Positions 29,124 through 40,330 of a stretch of DNA of 64,000 bases are shown here, in pieces; position 1 is the first letter of the stretch, and every line of letters begins with the position of its first letter. The position numbers and the translations under genes are program-made. The DNA comes from Escherichia coli (GTDB taxonomy: Bacteria; Pseudomonadota; Gammaproteobacteria; Enterobacterales; Enterobacteriaceae), in assembly GCF_003334765.1 (NCBI RefSeq), contig NZ_QOWT01000010.1. One strand, 5' to 3'. The notes under the pieces were generated by a model that did no database searches, was not told the DNA's origin, and worked only from the letters and a program-made list of their open reading frames with translations.

Positions 29124-29204
29124 ATGCGTGAAGTTTGCCTGATGCACAATGTTTATCAGGCTTATGGGGTTTCTGCAATTTATTGAGTTTTCACGATTTT
29201 GTTA

Positions 29205-29234
29205 GCCGGATAACGCGTTCACGCCGTATCCGGC
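29205..29234. repeat. REP palindromic unit
   Basis: gccggataacgcgttcacgccgtatccggc between convergent nudE and mrcA. Confidence 0.7.
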
Positions 29235-29263
29235 ATAAACAAGTGCACTTTGTCAGCAAACTG

Positions 29264-29287
29264 AAAAGGCGCCGAAGCGCCTTTTTA
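29264..29287. terminator. Bidirectional rho-independent terminator (nudE / mrcA)
   Basis: aaaa-GGCGC-cgaa-GCGCC-ttttt immediately before the mrcA stop codon. Confidence 0.7.
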
Positions 29288-29288
29288 A

Positions 29289-31841
29289 TCAGAACAATTC
29301 CTGTGCCTCGCCATTATCGATAATGGTCGTTCCCACCTCGTGCACTGCCTGTTGTGTCGGCTGCGTACCTTCGATGAAATACTCTTCGCGGCTGTTGCCA
29401 CCATTAGCTAACTGCCCGGTGCTGCGATCGATATTCACCGTCACAATACCCGGTGGCGGCGTCAGCGGCTGCTCCGGCACACCTTCAAGAACGGCTTTCA
29501 TATAAGCGTCCCATGCAGGCTGGGCACTCTTGGCACCGCCTTCGTAACCTGAGATCTGATCTTTAATCGCTCCGGAAGCCGTTGTATGACCGAGATTACG
29601 ACGGTGATCATCAAAGCCAATCCAGACCGAGGTCACAACGCCCGGACCGTAACCCGAGAACCACGCATCTTTCGAACTGTTAGTGGTCCCGGTTTTCCCG
29701 CCGATATCGCGACGCTGCAAATCACGACCTGCACGCCAGCCAGTACCCTGCCAGCCTGGCTCACCAAAGATATTGGTGTTCAAAGCACTCTTAATCAGGA
29801 ATGCCAGCGGAGTGTTGATGACGTGCGGTGCGTACTCCTGCGCGCCAGTCTTCGCCACTAACGCCTGATTTGCCTGCTCCAGCTGCGGCATTGGTACAGA
29901 AACATTCTGCTGCTCGCGGGAGATAGCGACATCTTCAACATCGTTATTTTCCAGCACGTTCGATTTCTGCGTATCACCGTAAATCACCGGAATATCGCAT
30001 TCCGGGCAGGCTACTTTCGGTTTCGCTTCGAAAATCACGCCGCCCTGATCGTTTTCAATTTTGCTGATAAACCACGGGTCCACCAGGAAGCCGCCGTTCG
30101 CCATGACCGCGTAGCCGCGCGCCACCTGCATTGGGGTGAAGGACGCTGAACCCAGCGCCAGCGATTCGGTGTGGACAATGTTTTGTGCCGGGAAGCCGAA
30201 GCGTTGCAGATATTCTGCAGCGTAGTCGACGCCCATCGCCCGCATTGCGCGTACCATCACCACGTTTTTCGACTGACCCAGCCCCTGACGTAAGCGAATT
30301 GGACCAGCATACTGCGGTGGTGAGTTCTTCGGCTGCCAGTCAGAACCGGCACTTGCATCCCAGCGAGAAATTGGCACATCGTTCAACATACTTGCCAGCG
30401 TCAGACCTTTATCCATCGCCGCGGTGTAGAGGAACGGTTTGATGTTGGAACCCACCTGACGCAGTGCCTGGGTGGCGCGGTTAAACTTGCTCTGATTGAA
30501 ATCAAAGCCACCGACCAGCGCCATAACGGCACCGTTTTGCGGATTGATCGACACCAGCGCCGAGTTCACTTCCGGCACTTGTGCCAGCCACCATGCATCG
30601 CCAACCTGACGAACCCAGATTTGCTGACCCGTTTGCAGAACATCGGTCACTTTACGCGGCGTCGGTCCTTGCTGAGTATCCGAACGGTAAGGACGCGCCC
30701 AGCGAACGCCTTCCATACTCAATGCGACGGTCGACCCGTCCGCCAGCATCGCCGTCGCTTGCTGAGGATTGGCGCTGGTGACTGCGGCAGGCAGCAGCGG
30801 ACCATAGGTTGGCAGCGCCTTCAGCGTATCGGTAATCTTGTTGTTATCCCACGCCGACTCGCCCACTTTCCACAGCACATTTGCCGGGCCGCGATAGCCG
30901 TGGCGCATGTCGTAGTCCAGCACGTTATTACGTACCGCCTGCTGCGCGGCCTGCTGCACTTTGCGGGTGATGGTGGTGTAAATGCGATAACCGTCTTCAT
31001 AGGCACTTTCGCCATAACGGTTATACATCTCCTGGCGCACCATTTCGCTCAGGTACGGCGCAGAGAAAGCAATCTCCGGCGCGTGATAGTTAGCGTTAAT
31101 CGCCTCAGTGCGTGTCTGATCGAACTGTTGTTGGGTGATATACCCTTCATCCAGCATCCGCGACAGCACGACGTTACGCCGCGCGACGGCACGATCCATC
31201 GAGTAGAGCGGGTTGAAGGTGGAAGGCGCTTTCGGCAGCCCGGCTATCACCGCCATTTCGTTCAGCGTCAGTTGGTCGACCGTTTTTCCGAAATAGACTT
31301 GTGCCGCAGCACCGACACCATAGGCGCGGTAACCAAGGTAAATCTTGTTCAGATAAAGCTCGAGGATCTCGTCTTTCGTCAGCAGCTGTTCAATGCGAAT
31401 CGCGAGGAAGACTTCCTTAATCTTACGCATCAGCGTGCGTTCTGGACTGAGGAAGAAGTTTCTCGCCAGCTGCTGGGTAATGGTACTTGCCCCTTGTGAC
31501 GCGTGACCGGAGAACAGCGCCACGCTTGCTGCACGGAAGATCCCCACCGGGTCAACGCCGTGATGCTCGTAGAAGCGGCTGTCTTCTGTCGCGATAAAGG
31601 CTTTCACCATCTCCGGTGGGATTTGATCCAACGTAACCGGAATACGACGTTTCTCACCGTATTGAGCAATCAGCTCGCCATCGGCGCTGTAAATCTGCAT
31701 CGGAATTTGCAGGCGAACATCTTTTAATGTCGCCACATCCGGCAGTTGTGGCTCGATGTAGCGGTATAGGCCATAAATCGAGCCTGCTCCCAGCAGAATG
31801 CAACAGACTGCAAGGATCAAAAAATACTTTACGAACTTCAC
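29289..31841 (-). CDS. mrcA: Penicillin-binding protein 1A (bifunctional transglycosylase/transpeptidase)
   Basis: ORF track gives 858 aa from ATG at 31865 (MKLNGKFPVKFVKYFL...); I chose the internal GTG at 31841 (MKFVKYFLILAVCC..., 850 aa) on recalled K-12 length; transpeptidase motifs SxxK, KTG present. The upstream ATG at 31865 is a real alternative. Confidence 0.9.
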   Translation of the reverse strand: MKFVKYFLILAVCCILLGAGSIYGLYRYIEPQLPDVATLKDVRLQIPMQIYSADGELIAQYGEKRRIPVTLDQIPPEMVKAFIATEDSRFYEHHGVDPVGIFRAASVALFSGHASQGASTITQQLARNFFLSPERTLMRKIKEVFLAIRIEQLLTKDEILELYLNKIYLGYRAYGVGAAAQVYFGKTVDQLTLNEMAVIAGLPKAPSTFNPLYSMDRAVARRNVVLSRMLDEGYITQQQFDQTRTEAINANYHAPEIAFSAPYLSEMVRQEMYNRYGESAYEDGYRIYTTITRKVQQAAQQAVRNNVLDYDMRHGYRGPANVLWKVGESAWDNNKITDTLKALPTYGPLLPAAVTSANPQQATAMLADGSTVALSMEGVRWARPYRSDTQQGPTPRKVTDVLQTGQQIWVRQVGDAWWLAQVPEVNSALVSINPQNGAVMALVGGFDFNQSKFNRATQALRQVGSNIKPFLYTAAMDKGLTLASMLNDVPISRWDASAGSDWQPKNSPPQYAGPIRLRQGLGQSKNVVMVRAMRAMGVDYAAEYLQRFGFPAQNIVHTESLALGSASFTPMQVARGYAVMANGGFLVDPWFISKIENDQGGVIFEAKPKVACPECDIPVIYGDTQKSNVLENNDVEDVAISREQQNVSVPMPQLEQANQALVAKTGAQEYAPHVINTPLAFLIKSALNTNIFGEPGWQGTGWRAGRDLQRRDIGGKTGTTNSSKDAWFSGYGPGVVTSVWIGFDDHRRNLGHTTASGAIKDQISGYEGGAKSAQPAWDAYMKAVLEGVPEQPLTPPPGIVTVNIDRSTGQLANGGNSREEYFIEGTQPTQQAVHEVGTTIIDNGEAQELF

Positions 31842-31960
31842 TGGAAATTTCCCATTTAGTTTCATTTGGGCAGTTTATAAACAAACGCGCGGTAGTATAA
31901 AGGCAAGCCAGACGCATTGATATACCCGTCAGAGTGACGGGTGATAAGGAGATCATCACA

Positions 31961-32740
31961 ATGGCATTTAAGATCTGGCAAATTGGTTTGCATTTACAAC
32001 AGCAAGAAGCGGTAGCGGTTGCGATCGTGCGGGGCGCAAAAGAATGCTTTTTGCAACGCTGGTGGCGGTTGCCGCTGGAGAACGACATTATCAAAGATGG
32101 GCGGATTGTTGATGCGCAGCAGCTGGCTAAAACGTTGTTACCGTGGAGTCGCGAACTGCCGCAGCGTCATCACATTATGTTGGCGTTTCCCGCCAGTCGC
32201 ACATTACAGCGGTCATTTCCGCGCCCGTCGATGTCCCTTGGTGAGCGGGAGCAAACGGCCTGGCTGTCAGGGACGATGGCCCGCGAGCTGGATATGGATC
32301 CGGACTCCCTGCGCTTCGATTACAGCGAAGACTCACTCAGTCCCGCCTATAACGTGACTGCCGCGCAAAGCAAAGAGCTGGCAACGCTGCTTACTCTGGC
32401 AGAAAGGTTGCGTGTTCATGTGAGCGCGATCACCCCGGATGCCAGTGCATTACAGCGATTCCTGCCTTTTTTACCTTCTCATCAGCAATGTCTGGCCTGG
32501 CGTGATAACGAACAGTGGCTGTGGGCGACGCGCTATAGCTGGGGGCGCAAACTGGCGGTGGGGATGACTAGCGCGAAGGAGCTGGCGGCAGCGTTATCCG
32601 TTGATCCCGAAAGCGTCGCGATATGTGGCGAAGGCGGATTTGATCCCTGGGAGGCCGTTTCTGTTCGTCAGCCGCCGCTACCGCCGCCAGGTGGAGACTT
32701 TGCCATCGCGCTGGGGCTGGCGCTTGGGAAGGCGTACTGA
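31961..32740 (+). CDS. hofM: HofM, PilM-like type IV pilus/DNA-uptake assembly protein
   Basis: 259 aa from ATG at 31961 (MAFKIWQIGLHLQQQEAVAVAIVRG); divergent from mrcA. Confidence 0.85.
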   Translation: MAFKIWQIGLHLQQQEAVAVAIVRGAKECFLQRWWRLPLENDIIKDGRIVDAQQLAKTLLPWSRELPQRHHIMLAFPASRTLQRSFPRPSMSLGEREQTAWLSGTMARELDMDPDSLRFDYSEDSLSPAYNVTAAQSKELATLLTLAERLRVHVSAITPDASALQRFLPFLPSHQQCLAWRDNEQWLWATRYSWGRKLAVGMTSAKELAAALSVDPESVAICGEGGFDPWEAVSVRQPPLPPPGGDFAIALGLALGKAY

Positions 32741-33279
32741 TGAACCCGCCAATTAATTTTTTGCCCTGGCGACAGCAACGCCGGACCGCTTTTCTGCGTT
32801 TCTGGTTGCTGATGTTCGTTGCGCCTCTGCTGCTGGCCGTCGGGATAACGCTAATACTGCGTCTGACAGGCAGCGCCGAAGCGCGCATAGACGCAGTTTT
32901 GCTTCAGGCGGAACAACAACTCGCCCGCAGCTTACAGATAACGAAGCCACGTTTGCTGGAGCAACAGCAGTTACGCGAACAGCGTTCGCAACGGCAGCGC
33001 CAGCGACAATTTACCCGCGACTGGCAATCTGCGCTGGAAGCACTGGCGGCGCTTTTACCCGAGCACGCCTGGCTGACAACGATAAGCTGGCAGCAGGGAA
33101 CGCTGGAGATCAAGGGGCTGACAACAAGCATTACCGCGTTAAACGCACTAGAAACGTCACTCCGCCAGGATGCATCTTTTCATCTCAATCAGCGGGGAGC
33201 CACGCAGCAGGATGCGCAGGGACGCTGGCAATTTGAGTATCAGTTAACAAGGAAGGTTAGCGATGAACATGTTCTTTGA
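32740..33279 (+). CDS. hofN: HofN, PilN-like protein
   Basis: 179-aa ORF MNPPINFLPWRQQRRTAFLRFWLLMFVAPLLLAV; start overlaps hofM stop. Confidence 0.85.
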   Translation: MNPPINFLPWRQQRRTAFLRFWLLMFVAPLLLAVGITLILRLTGSAEARIDAVLLQAEQQLARSLQITKPRLLEQQQLREQRSQRQRQRQFTRDWQSALEALAALLPEHAWLTTISWQQGTLEIKGLTTSITALNALETSLRQDASFHLNQRGATQQDAQGRWQFEYQLTRKVSDEHVL

Positions 33280-33703
33280 CTGGTGGTTCGCCACATCACC
33301 CCGCCTCCGCCAGCTTTGCTGGGCATTCTGGTTGCTGATGTTAGTTACGCTCATTTTTCTGTCATCGACACACCATGAAGAGCGCGACGCATTAATTCGA
33401 CTACGGGCAAGTCATCACCAGCAGTGGGCCGCACTGTATCGCCTGGTAGACACCACTCCCTTCAGCGAGGAAAAAACGCTGCCCTTTTCGCCACTGGATT
33501 TTCAGTTATCCGGCGCGCAACTGGTTTCCTGGCATCCATCCGCGCAGGGAGGCGAGTTGGCGTTGAAAACGCTGTGGGAAGCAGTGCCGTCGGCATTTAC
33601 ACGGCTGGCAGAGCGCAACGTCAGCGTGAGCCGTTTTTCGTTAAGCGTGGAAGGTGATGATCTTTTGTTCACGCTACAACTGGAGACGCCGCATGAGGGT
33701 TAA
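33263..33703 (+). CDS. hofO: HofO, PilO-like protein
   Basis: 146-aa ORF MNMFFDWWFATSPRLRQLCWAFWLLMLVTLIFL; 17-nt overlap with hofN. Confidence 0.82.
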   Translation: MNMFFDWWFATSPRLRQLCWAFWLLMLVTLIFLSSTHHEERDALIRLRASHHQQWAALYRLVDTTPFSEEKTLPFSPLDFQLSGAQLVSWHPSAQGGELALKTLWEAVPSAFTRLAERNVSVSRFSLSVEGDDLLFTLQLETPHEG

Positions 33704-34097
33704 ACGCTGGTTGTTGGCAGGTATTGCATTGTGCCTTTTAACCGGTATGCGTGACCCTTTTAAACCGCCGGAAGATCTATGCCGGATTAGCGAACTTAGC
33801 CAGTGGCGCTATCAGGGGATGGTAGGGCGAGGCGAGCGCATCATCGGTGTAATAAAAGACGGGCAAAAGAAATGGCGACGGGTGCAGCAAAACGATGTGC
33901 TGGAAAACGGCTGGACAATTTTACAGCTGACGCCAGACGTACTAACGCTGGGTACCGGGACAAACTGCGAACCGCCACAATGGTTGTGGCAACGGCAAGG
34001 AGATACAAATGAAGCAATGGATAGCCGCACTACTGTTGATGCTGATACCCGGCGTACAGGCGGCAAAGCCGCAAAAAGTGACGCTGATGGTGGATGA
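33693..34097 (+). CDS. hofP: HofP, PilP-like lipoprotein
   Basis: 134 aa from internal ATG (MRVKRWLLAGIALCLLTGMRDPF); ORF track starts 13 codons earlier. Confidence 0.78.
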   Translation: MRVKRWLLAGIALCLLTGMRDPFKPPEDLCRISELSQWRYQGMVGRGERIIGVIKDGQKKWRRVQQNDVLENGWTILQLTPDVLTLGTGTNCEPPQWLWQRQGDTNEAMDSRTTVDADTRRTGGKAAKSDADGG

Positions 34098-35247
34098 CGT
34101 TCCGGTAGCTCAGGTGTTGCAGGCGCTGGCTGAACAGGAGAAGTTGAACCTGGTCGTGTCGCCAGACGTCAGCGGTACGGTGTCGTTACATCTAACAGAT
34201 GTTCCCTGGAAGCAGGCACTACAAACTGTAGTGAAAAGCGCCGGACTGATAACGCGGCAGGAAGGCAACATTCTCTCAGTGCATTCCATTGCCTGGCAGA
34301 ATAACAATATCGCCCGCCAGGAGGCGGAGCAGGCGCGGGCGCAGGCAAATCTGCCGCTGGAAAATCGCAGTATAACCCTGCAATACGCCGACGCGGGAGA
34401 ACTGGCGAAAGCGGGGGAGAAGCTACTGAGTGCCAAAGGGAGTATGACCGTCGATAAACGCACCAATCGCCTTTTGCTACGAGATAACAAAACGGCGTTA
34501 AGCGCGCTTGAACAGTGGGTAGCGCAAATGGATCTGCCGGTCGGGCAGGTTGAGCTGTCGGCGCATATTGTCACCATTAATGAAAAAAGTTTGCGTGAGT
34601 TAGGCGTGAAATGGACGCTGGCCGATGCGCAACACGCTGGTGGCGTTGGGCAAGTCACCACGCTTGGTAGCGACCTCTCCGTAGCGACGGCGACAACGCA
34701 TGTCGGTTTTAACATTGGGCGCATCAACGGACGCTTGCTGGATCTTGAGCTTTCCGCGCTCGAACAAAAACAGCAGCTGGATATTATCGCCAGTCCGCGT
34801 CTGCTGGCCTCACATCTTCAGCCTGCCAGCATTAAACAGGGGAGCGAAATTCCATATCAGGTTTCCAGCGGGGAAAGTGGCGCGACGTCGGTGGAATTTA
34901 AAGAGGCCGTCCTGGGGATGGAGGTCACGCCCACGGTGTTACAAAAAGGTCGCATCCGGCTGAAATTACACATCAGCCAGAACGTTCCGGGGCAGGTGCT
35001 ACAGCAGGCCGATGGCGAAGTGCTGGCGATTGATAAGCAGGAGATCGAAACGCAGGTCGAGGTCAAAAGCGGAGAAACGTTGGCGCTGGGCGGCATTTTT
35101 ACCCGTAAAAATAAATCGGGTCAGGATAGCGTACCGTTGCTTGGCGACATTCCCTGGTTCGGGCAATTATTTCGTCATGACGGAAAAGAAGATGAACGAC
35201 GCGAGTTAGTGGTGTTTATCACGCCACGACTGGTTTCCAGTGAGTAA
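34009..35247 (+). CDS. hofQ: HofQ, secretin (PilQ/ComE-like outer membrane channel)
   Basis: 412-aa ORF MKQWIAALLLMLIPGVQAAKPQKVTLMVDDVPVAQVLQAL; secretin C-terminal domain; begins inside the hofP reading frame. Confidence 0.9.
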   Translation: MKQWIAALLLMLIPGVQAAKPQKVTLMVDDVPVAQVLQALAEQEKLNLVVSPDVSGTVSLHLTDVPWKQALQTVVKSAGLITRQEGNILSVHSIAWQNNNIARQEAEQARAQANLPLENRSITLQYADAGELAKAGEKLLSAKGSMTVDKRTNRLLLRDNKTALSALEQWVAQMDLPVGQVELSAHIVTINEKSLRELGVKWTLADAQHAGGVGQVTTLGSDLSVATATTHVGFNIGRINGRLLDLELSALEQKQQLDIIASPRLLASHLQPASIKQGSEIPYQVSSGESGATSVEFKEAVLGMEVTPTVLQKGRIRLKLHISQNVPGQVLQQADGEVLAIDKQEIETQVEVKSGETLALGGIFTRKNKSGQDSVPLLGDIPWFGQLFRHDGKEDERRELVVFITPRLVSSE

Positions 35248-35647
35248 ACAGCCGTAAAAGCGGTAATGTTTTTACGCTGAACGTGTTTCATCTATTTGAC
35301 GCGCGCAGGTATTTAGCATACAAGGAGTACCGATTTGAGAGTTGGTGCTCTTCGCTGCCTGCGTTCCATGATGATGATTTATCATTCAGGCGGCATTTTG
35401 CTGTCTTTTTTACGCTAATCTTACCCGGTGATTTATCGCCAGAGCGGTGGTAGCAAGGCAGCGCGCTTGCAGCGACCAGATATGCAGAGGGATGGGTGAT
35501 TTATTCAGTTGCCAAACCCGCTGGAGTATTGAGATAATTTTCAGTCTGACTCTCGCAATATCTTATGAGGTTTCAGTTCATGTCCTGCGGCGCTCTCTGA
35601 GCGAAGCGGGTTTATCATTAACGAATAGTCTTAGTAGTACCGAAAAA

Positions 35648-36169
35648 ATGGCAGAGAAACGCAATATCTTTCTGGTTGGGCCTATGGGTGCCGGAAAAAG
35701 CACTATTGGGCGCCAGTTAGCTCAACAACTCAATATGGAATTTTACGATTCCGATCAAGAGATTGAGAAACGAACCGGAGCTGATGTGGGCTGGGTTTTC
35801 GATTTAGAAGGCGAAGAAGGCTTCCGCGATCGCGAAGAAAAGGTCATCAATGAGTTGACCGAGAAACAGGGTATTGTGCTGGCTACTGGCGGCGGCTCTG
35901 TGAAATCCCGTGAAACGCGTAACCGTCTTTCCGCTCGTGGCGTTGTCGTTTATCTTGAAACGACCATCGAAAAGCAACTTGCACGCACGCAGCGTGATAA
36001 AAAACGCCCGTTGCTGCACGTTGAAACACCGCCGCGTGAAGTTCTGGAAGCGTTGGCCAATGAACGCAATCCGCTGTATGAAGAGATTGCCGACGTGACC
36101 ATTCGTACTGATGATCAAAGCGCTAAAGTGGTTGCAAACCAGATTATTCACATGCTGGAAAGCAACTAA
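35648..36169 (+). CDS. aroK: Shikimate kinase I
   Basis: 173 aa from ATG at 35648 ([26 protein letters not shown]-loop); ORF track's 240-aa version starts at an upstream alternative codon. Confidence 0.95.
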   Translation: MAEKRNIFLVGPMGAGKSTIGRQLAQQLNMEFYDSDQEIEKRTGADVGWVFDLEGEEGFRDREEKVINELTEKQGIVLATGGGSVKSRETRNRLSARGVVVYLETTIEKQLARTQRDKKRPLLHVETPPREVLEALANERNPLYEEIADVTIRTDDQSAKVVANQIIHMLESN

Positions 36170-36225
36170 TTCTGGCTTTATATACACTCGTCTGCGGGTA
36201 CAGTAATTAAGGTGGATGTCGCGTT

Positions 36226-37314
36226 ATGGAGAGGATTGTCGTTACTCTCGGGGAACGTAGTTACCCAATTACCATCGCATCTGGTTTGTTTAATGAACCA
36301 GCTTCATTCTTACCGCTGAAATCGGGCGAGCAGGTCATGTTGGTCACCAACGAAACCCTGGCTCCTCTGTATCTCGATAAGGTCCGCGGCGTACTTGAAC
36401 AGGCGGGTGTTAACGTCGATAGCGTTATCCTCCCTGACGGCGAGCAGTATAAAAGCCTGGCTGTACTCGATACCGTCTTTACGGCGTTGTTACAAAAACC
36501 GCATGGTCGCGATACTACGCTGGTGGCGCTTGGCGGCGGCGTAGTGGGCGATCTGACCGGCTTCGCGGCGGCGAGTTATCAGCGCGGTGTCCGTTTCATT
36601 CAAGTCCCGACGACGTTACTGTCGCAGGTCGATTCCTCCGTTGGCGGCAAAACTGCGGTCAACCATCCCCTCGGTAAAAACATGATTGGCGCGTTCTACC
36701 AACCTGCTTCAGTGGTGGTGGATCTCGACTGTCTGAAAACGCTTCCCCCGCGTGAGTTAGCGTCGGGGCTGGCAGAAGTCATCAAATACGGCATTATTCT
36801 TGACGGTGCGTTTTTTAACTGGCTGGAAGAGAATCTGGATGCGTTGTTGCGTCTGGACGGTCCGGCAATGGCGTACTGTATTCGCCGTTGTTGTGAACTG
36901 AAGGCAGAAGTTGTCGCCGCCGACGAGCGCGAAACCGGGTTACGTGCTTTACTGAATCTGGGACACACCTTTGGTCATGCCATTGAAGCTGAAATGGGGT
37001 ATGGCAATTGGTTACATGGTGAAGCGGTCGCTGCGGGTATGGTGATGGCGGCGCGGACGTCGGAACGTCTCGGGCAGTTTAGTTCTGCCGAAACGCAGCG
37101 TATTATAACCCTGCTCAAGCGGGCTGGGTTACCGGTCAATGGGCCGCGCGAAATGTCCGCGCAGGCGTATTTACCGCATATGCTGCGTGACAAGAAAGTC
37201 CTTGCGGGAGAGATGCGCTTAATTCTTCCGTTGGCAATTGGTAAGAGTGAAGTTCGCAGCGGCGTTTCGCACGAGCTTGTTCTTAACGCCATTGCCGATT
37301 GTCAATCAGCGTAA
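36226..37314 (+). CDS. aroB: 3-dehydroquinate synthase
   Basis: 362-aa [31 protein letters not shown]. Confidence 0.95.
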
Positions 37315-37405
37315 CAACAAGAAAGGTCAGGCCGCTTATCAAGCGGTCTATTAGCTTCAGGTTAATTGCAACGTGGTAAGCATTAACCTTTTAGTGGGGT
37401 GTTAA

Positions 37406-38692
37406 ATGGATGAATTCAAACCAGAAGACGAGCTGAAACCCGATCCCAGCGATCGTCGTACTGGTCGTTCTCGTCAATCTTCTGAACGTTCTGAGCGTAC
37501 TGAACGTGGCGAACCGCAGATCAATTTTGATGATATTGAACTTGATGACACTGACGATCGCCGTCCGACTCGTGCGCAAAAAGAGCGCAATGAGGAACCG
37601 GAAATCGAAGAAGAAATTGACGAATCCGAAGATGAAACCGTGGATGAAGAGCGCGTAGAGCGTCGTCCGCGTAAGCGCAAAAAAGCAGCCAGTAAACCCG
37701 CTTCTCGTCAGTATATGATGATGGGCGTCGGCATTCTGGTTCTACTGCTGTTGATCATCGGTATCGGTTCTGCGCTAAAAGCCCCCTCGACCACTTCCAG
37801 CGATCAAACCGCGTCTGGCGAGAAGAGTATTGATCTTGCTGGCAATGCGACCGATCAGGCGAATGGCGTGCAGCCAGCGCCGGGAACCACGTCTGCGGAA
37901 AATACTCAGCAGGATGTTTCTCTGCCACCGATCTCTTCTACGCCGACTCAAGGGCAAACCCCGGTGGCAACGGATGGTCAACAACGTGTTGAAGTGCAGG
38001 GTGACCTGAACAATGCGCTGACCCAGCCACAAAATCAGCAACAGCTGAACAATGTGGCGGTCAATTCCACGTTGCCGACTGAACCCGCAACGGTTGCGCC
38101 TGTTCGCAATGGCAATGCATCGCGTGACACGGCGAAAACGCAAACCGCTGAACGTCCGTCCACTACGCGCCCAGCTCGTCAGCAGGCGGTGATTGAACCG
38201 AAAAAACCGCAAGCAACCGTGAAAACGGAGCCGAAGCCGGTAGCACAGACGCCGAAGCGTACTGAACCAGCTGCCCCTGTGGCGAGCACGAAGGCACCGG
38301 CTGCGACTTCTACGCCAGCACCAAAAGAGACGGCGACTACGGCTCCAGTACAGACGGCATCCCCGGCGCAAACCACGGCAACACCCGCTGCTGGGGCGAA
38401 GACCGCAGGTAATGTTGGTTCGTTGAAATCGGCACCGTCCAGCCATTACACTCTGCAGCTGAGCAGTTCCTCTAACTACGACAACCTGAACGGTTGGGCG
38501 AAGAAAGAGAATCTGAAAAACTACGTTGTCTATGAAACGACGCGTAATGGTCAGCCGTGGTATGTCCTGGTTTCTGGCGTGTACGCTTCGAAAGAAGAGG
38601 CGAAAAAAGCGGTATCTACATTGCCAGCAGATGTCCAGGCCAAAAACCCGTGGGCGAAACCGCTGCGTCAGGTACAGGCCGATCTGAAGTAA
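37406..38692 (+). CDS. damX: DamX, cell division protein with C-terminal SPOR domain
   Basis: 428-aa [27 protein letters not shown]...; acidic N-terminus, one TM segment, long P/T/A/Q-rich linker, C-terminal SPOR-like region. Confidence 0.93.
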
Positions 38693-38798
38693 TCAAGGTT
38701 ATCTCCCGCAATGGTTTATCGTTGCGGGAGTTGCCTGAAGCGCTGGATGCTGTCGGAGCTTTCTCCACAGCCGGAGAAGGTGTAATTAGTTAGTCAGC

Positions 38799-39635
38799 AT
38801 GAAGAAAAATCGCGCTTTTTTGAAGTGGGCAGGGGGCAAGTATCCCCTGCTTGATGATATTAAACGGCATTTGCCCAAGGGCGAATGTCTGGTTGAGCCT
38901 TTTGTAGGTGCCGGGTCGGTGTTTCTCAACACCGACTTTTCTCGTTATATCCTTGCCGATATCAATAGCGACCTGATCAGTCTCTATAACATTGTGAAGA
39001 TGCGTACTGATGAGTACGTACAGGCCGCACGCGAGCTGTTTGTTCCCGAAACAAATTGCGCCGAGGTTTACTATCAGTTCCGCGAAGAGTTCAACAAAAG
39101 CCAGGATCCGTTCCGTCGGGCGGTACTGTTTTTATATTTGAACCGCTACGGTTACAACGGCCTGTGTCGTTACAATCTGCGCGGTGAGTTTAACGTGCCG
39201 TTCGGCCGCTACAAAAAACCCTATTTCCCGGAAGCAGAGTTGTATCACTTCGCTGAAAAAGCGCAGAATGCCTTTTTCTATTGTGAGTCTTACGCCGATA
39301 GCATGGCGCGCGCAGATGATGCATCCGTCGTCTATTGCGATCCGCCTTATGCACCGCTGTCTGCGACCGCCAACTTTACGGCGTATCACACAAACAGTTT
39401 TACGCTTGAACAACAAGCGCATCTGGCGGAGATCGCCGAAGGTCTGGTTGAGCGCCATATTCCAGTGCTGATCTCCAATCACGATACGATGTTAACGCGT
39501 GAGTGGTATCAGCGCGCAAAATTGCATGTCGTCAAAGTTCGACGCAGTATAAGCAGCAACGGCGGCACACGTAAAAAGGTGGACGAACTGCTGGCTTTGT
39601 ACAAACCAGGAGTCGTTTCACCCGCGAAAAAATAA
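38799..39635 (+). CDS. dam: DNA adenine methyltransferase (GATC)
   Basis: 278-aa [29 protein letters not shown]; catalytic DPPY motif (VYCDPPYAP). Confidence 0.96.
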
Positions 39636-39652
39636 TTCTCAAGGAGAAGCGG

Positions 39653-40330
39653 ATGAAACAGTATTTGATTGCCCCCTCAATTCTGTCGGCTGATTTTGCC
39701 CGCCTGGGTGAAGATACCGCAAAAGCCCTGGCAGCTGGCGCTGATGTCGTGCATTTTGACGTCATGGATAACCACTATGTTCCCAATCTGACGATTGGGC
39801 CAATGGTGCTGAAATCCTTGCGTAACTATGGCATTACCGCCCCTATCGACGTACACCTGATGGTGAAACCCGTCGATCGCATTGTGCCTGATTTCGCTGC
39901 CGCTGGTGCCAGCATCATTACCTTTCATCCAGAAGCCTCCGAGCATGTTGACCGCACGCTGCAACTGATTAAAGAAAATGGCTGTAAAGCGGGTCTGGTA
40001 TTTAACCCGGCGACACCTCTGAGCTATCTGGATTACGTGATGGATAAGCTGGATGTGATCCTGCTGATGTCCGTCAACCCTGGTTTCGGCGGTCAGTCTT
40101 TCATTCCTCAAACACTGGATAAACTGCGCGAAGTACGTCGCCGTATCGACGAGTCTGGCTTTGACATTCGACTAGAAGTGGACGGTGGCGTGAAGGTGAA
40201 CAACATTGGCGAAATCGCTGCGGCGGGCGCGGATATGTTCGTCGCCGGTTCGGCAATCTTCGACCAGCCAGACTACAAAAAAGTCATTGATGAAATGCGC
40301 AGTGAACTGGCAAAGGTAAGTCATGAATAA
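39653..40330 (+). CDS. rpe: Ribulose-5-phosphate 3-epimerase
   Basis: 225-aa [25 protein letters not shown]. Confidence 0.95.
   Translation: MKQYLIAPSILSADFARLGEDTAKALAAGADVVHFDVMDNHYVPNLTIGPMVLKSLRNYGITAPIDVHLMVKPVDRIVPDFAAAGASIITFHPEASEHVDRTLQLIKENGCKAGLVFNPATPLSYLDYVMDKLDVILLMSVNPGFGGQSFIPQTLDKLREVRRRIDESGFDIRLEVDGGVKVNNIGEIAAAGADMFVAGSAIFDQPDYKKVIDEMRSELAKVSHE

Noticed and set aside
37700-38450. Low-complexity P/T/A/Q-rich repetitive stretch inside damX as a possible tandem-repeat or variable region
   Set aside because: It is the disordered linker of DamX within an intact ORF; I could not identify exact nucleotide tandem repeats, only compositional bias.
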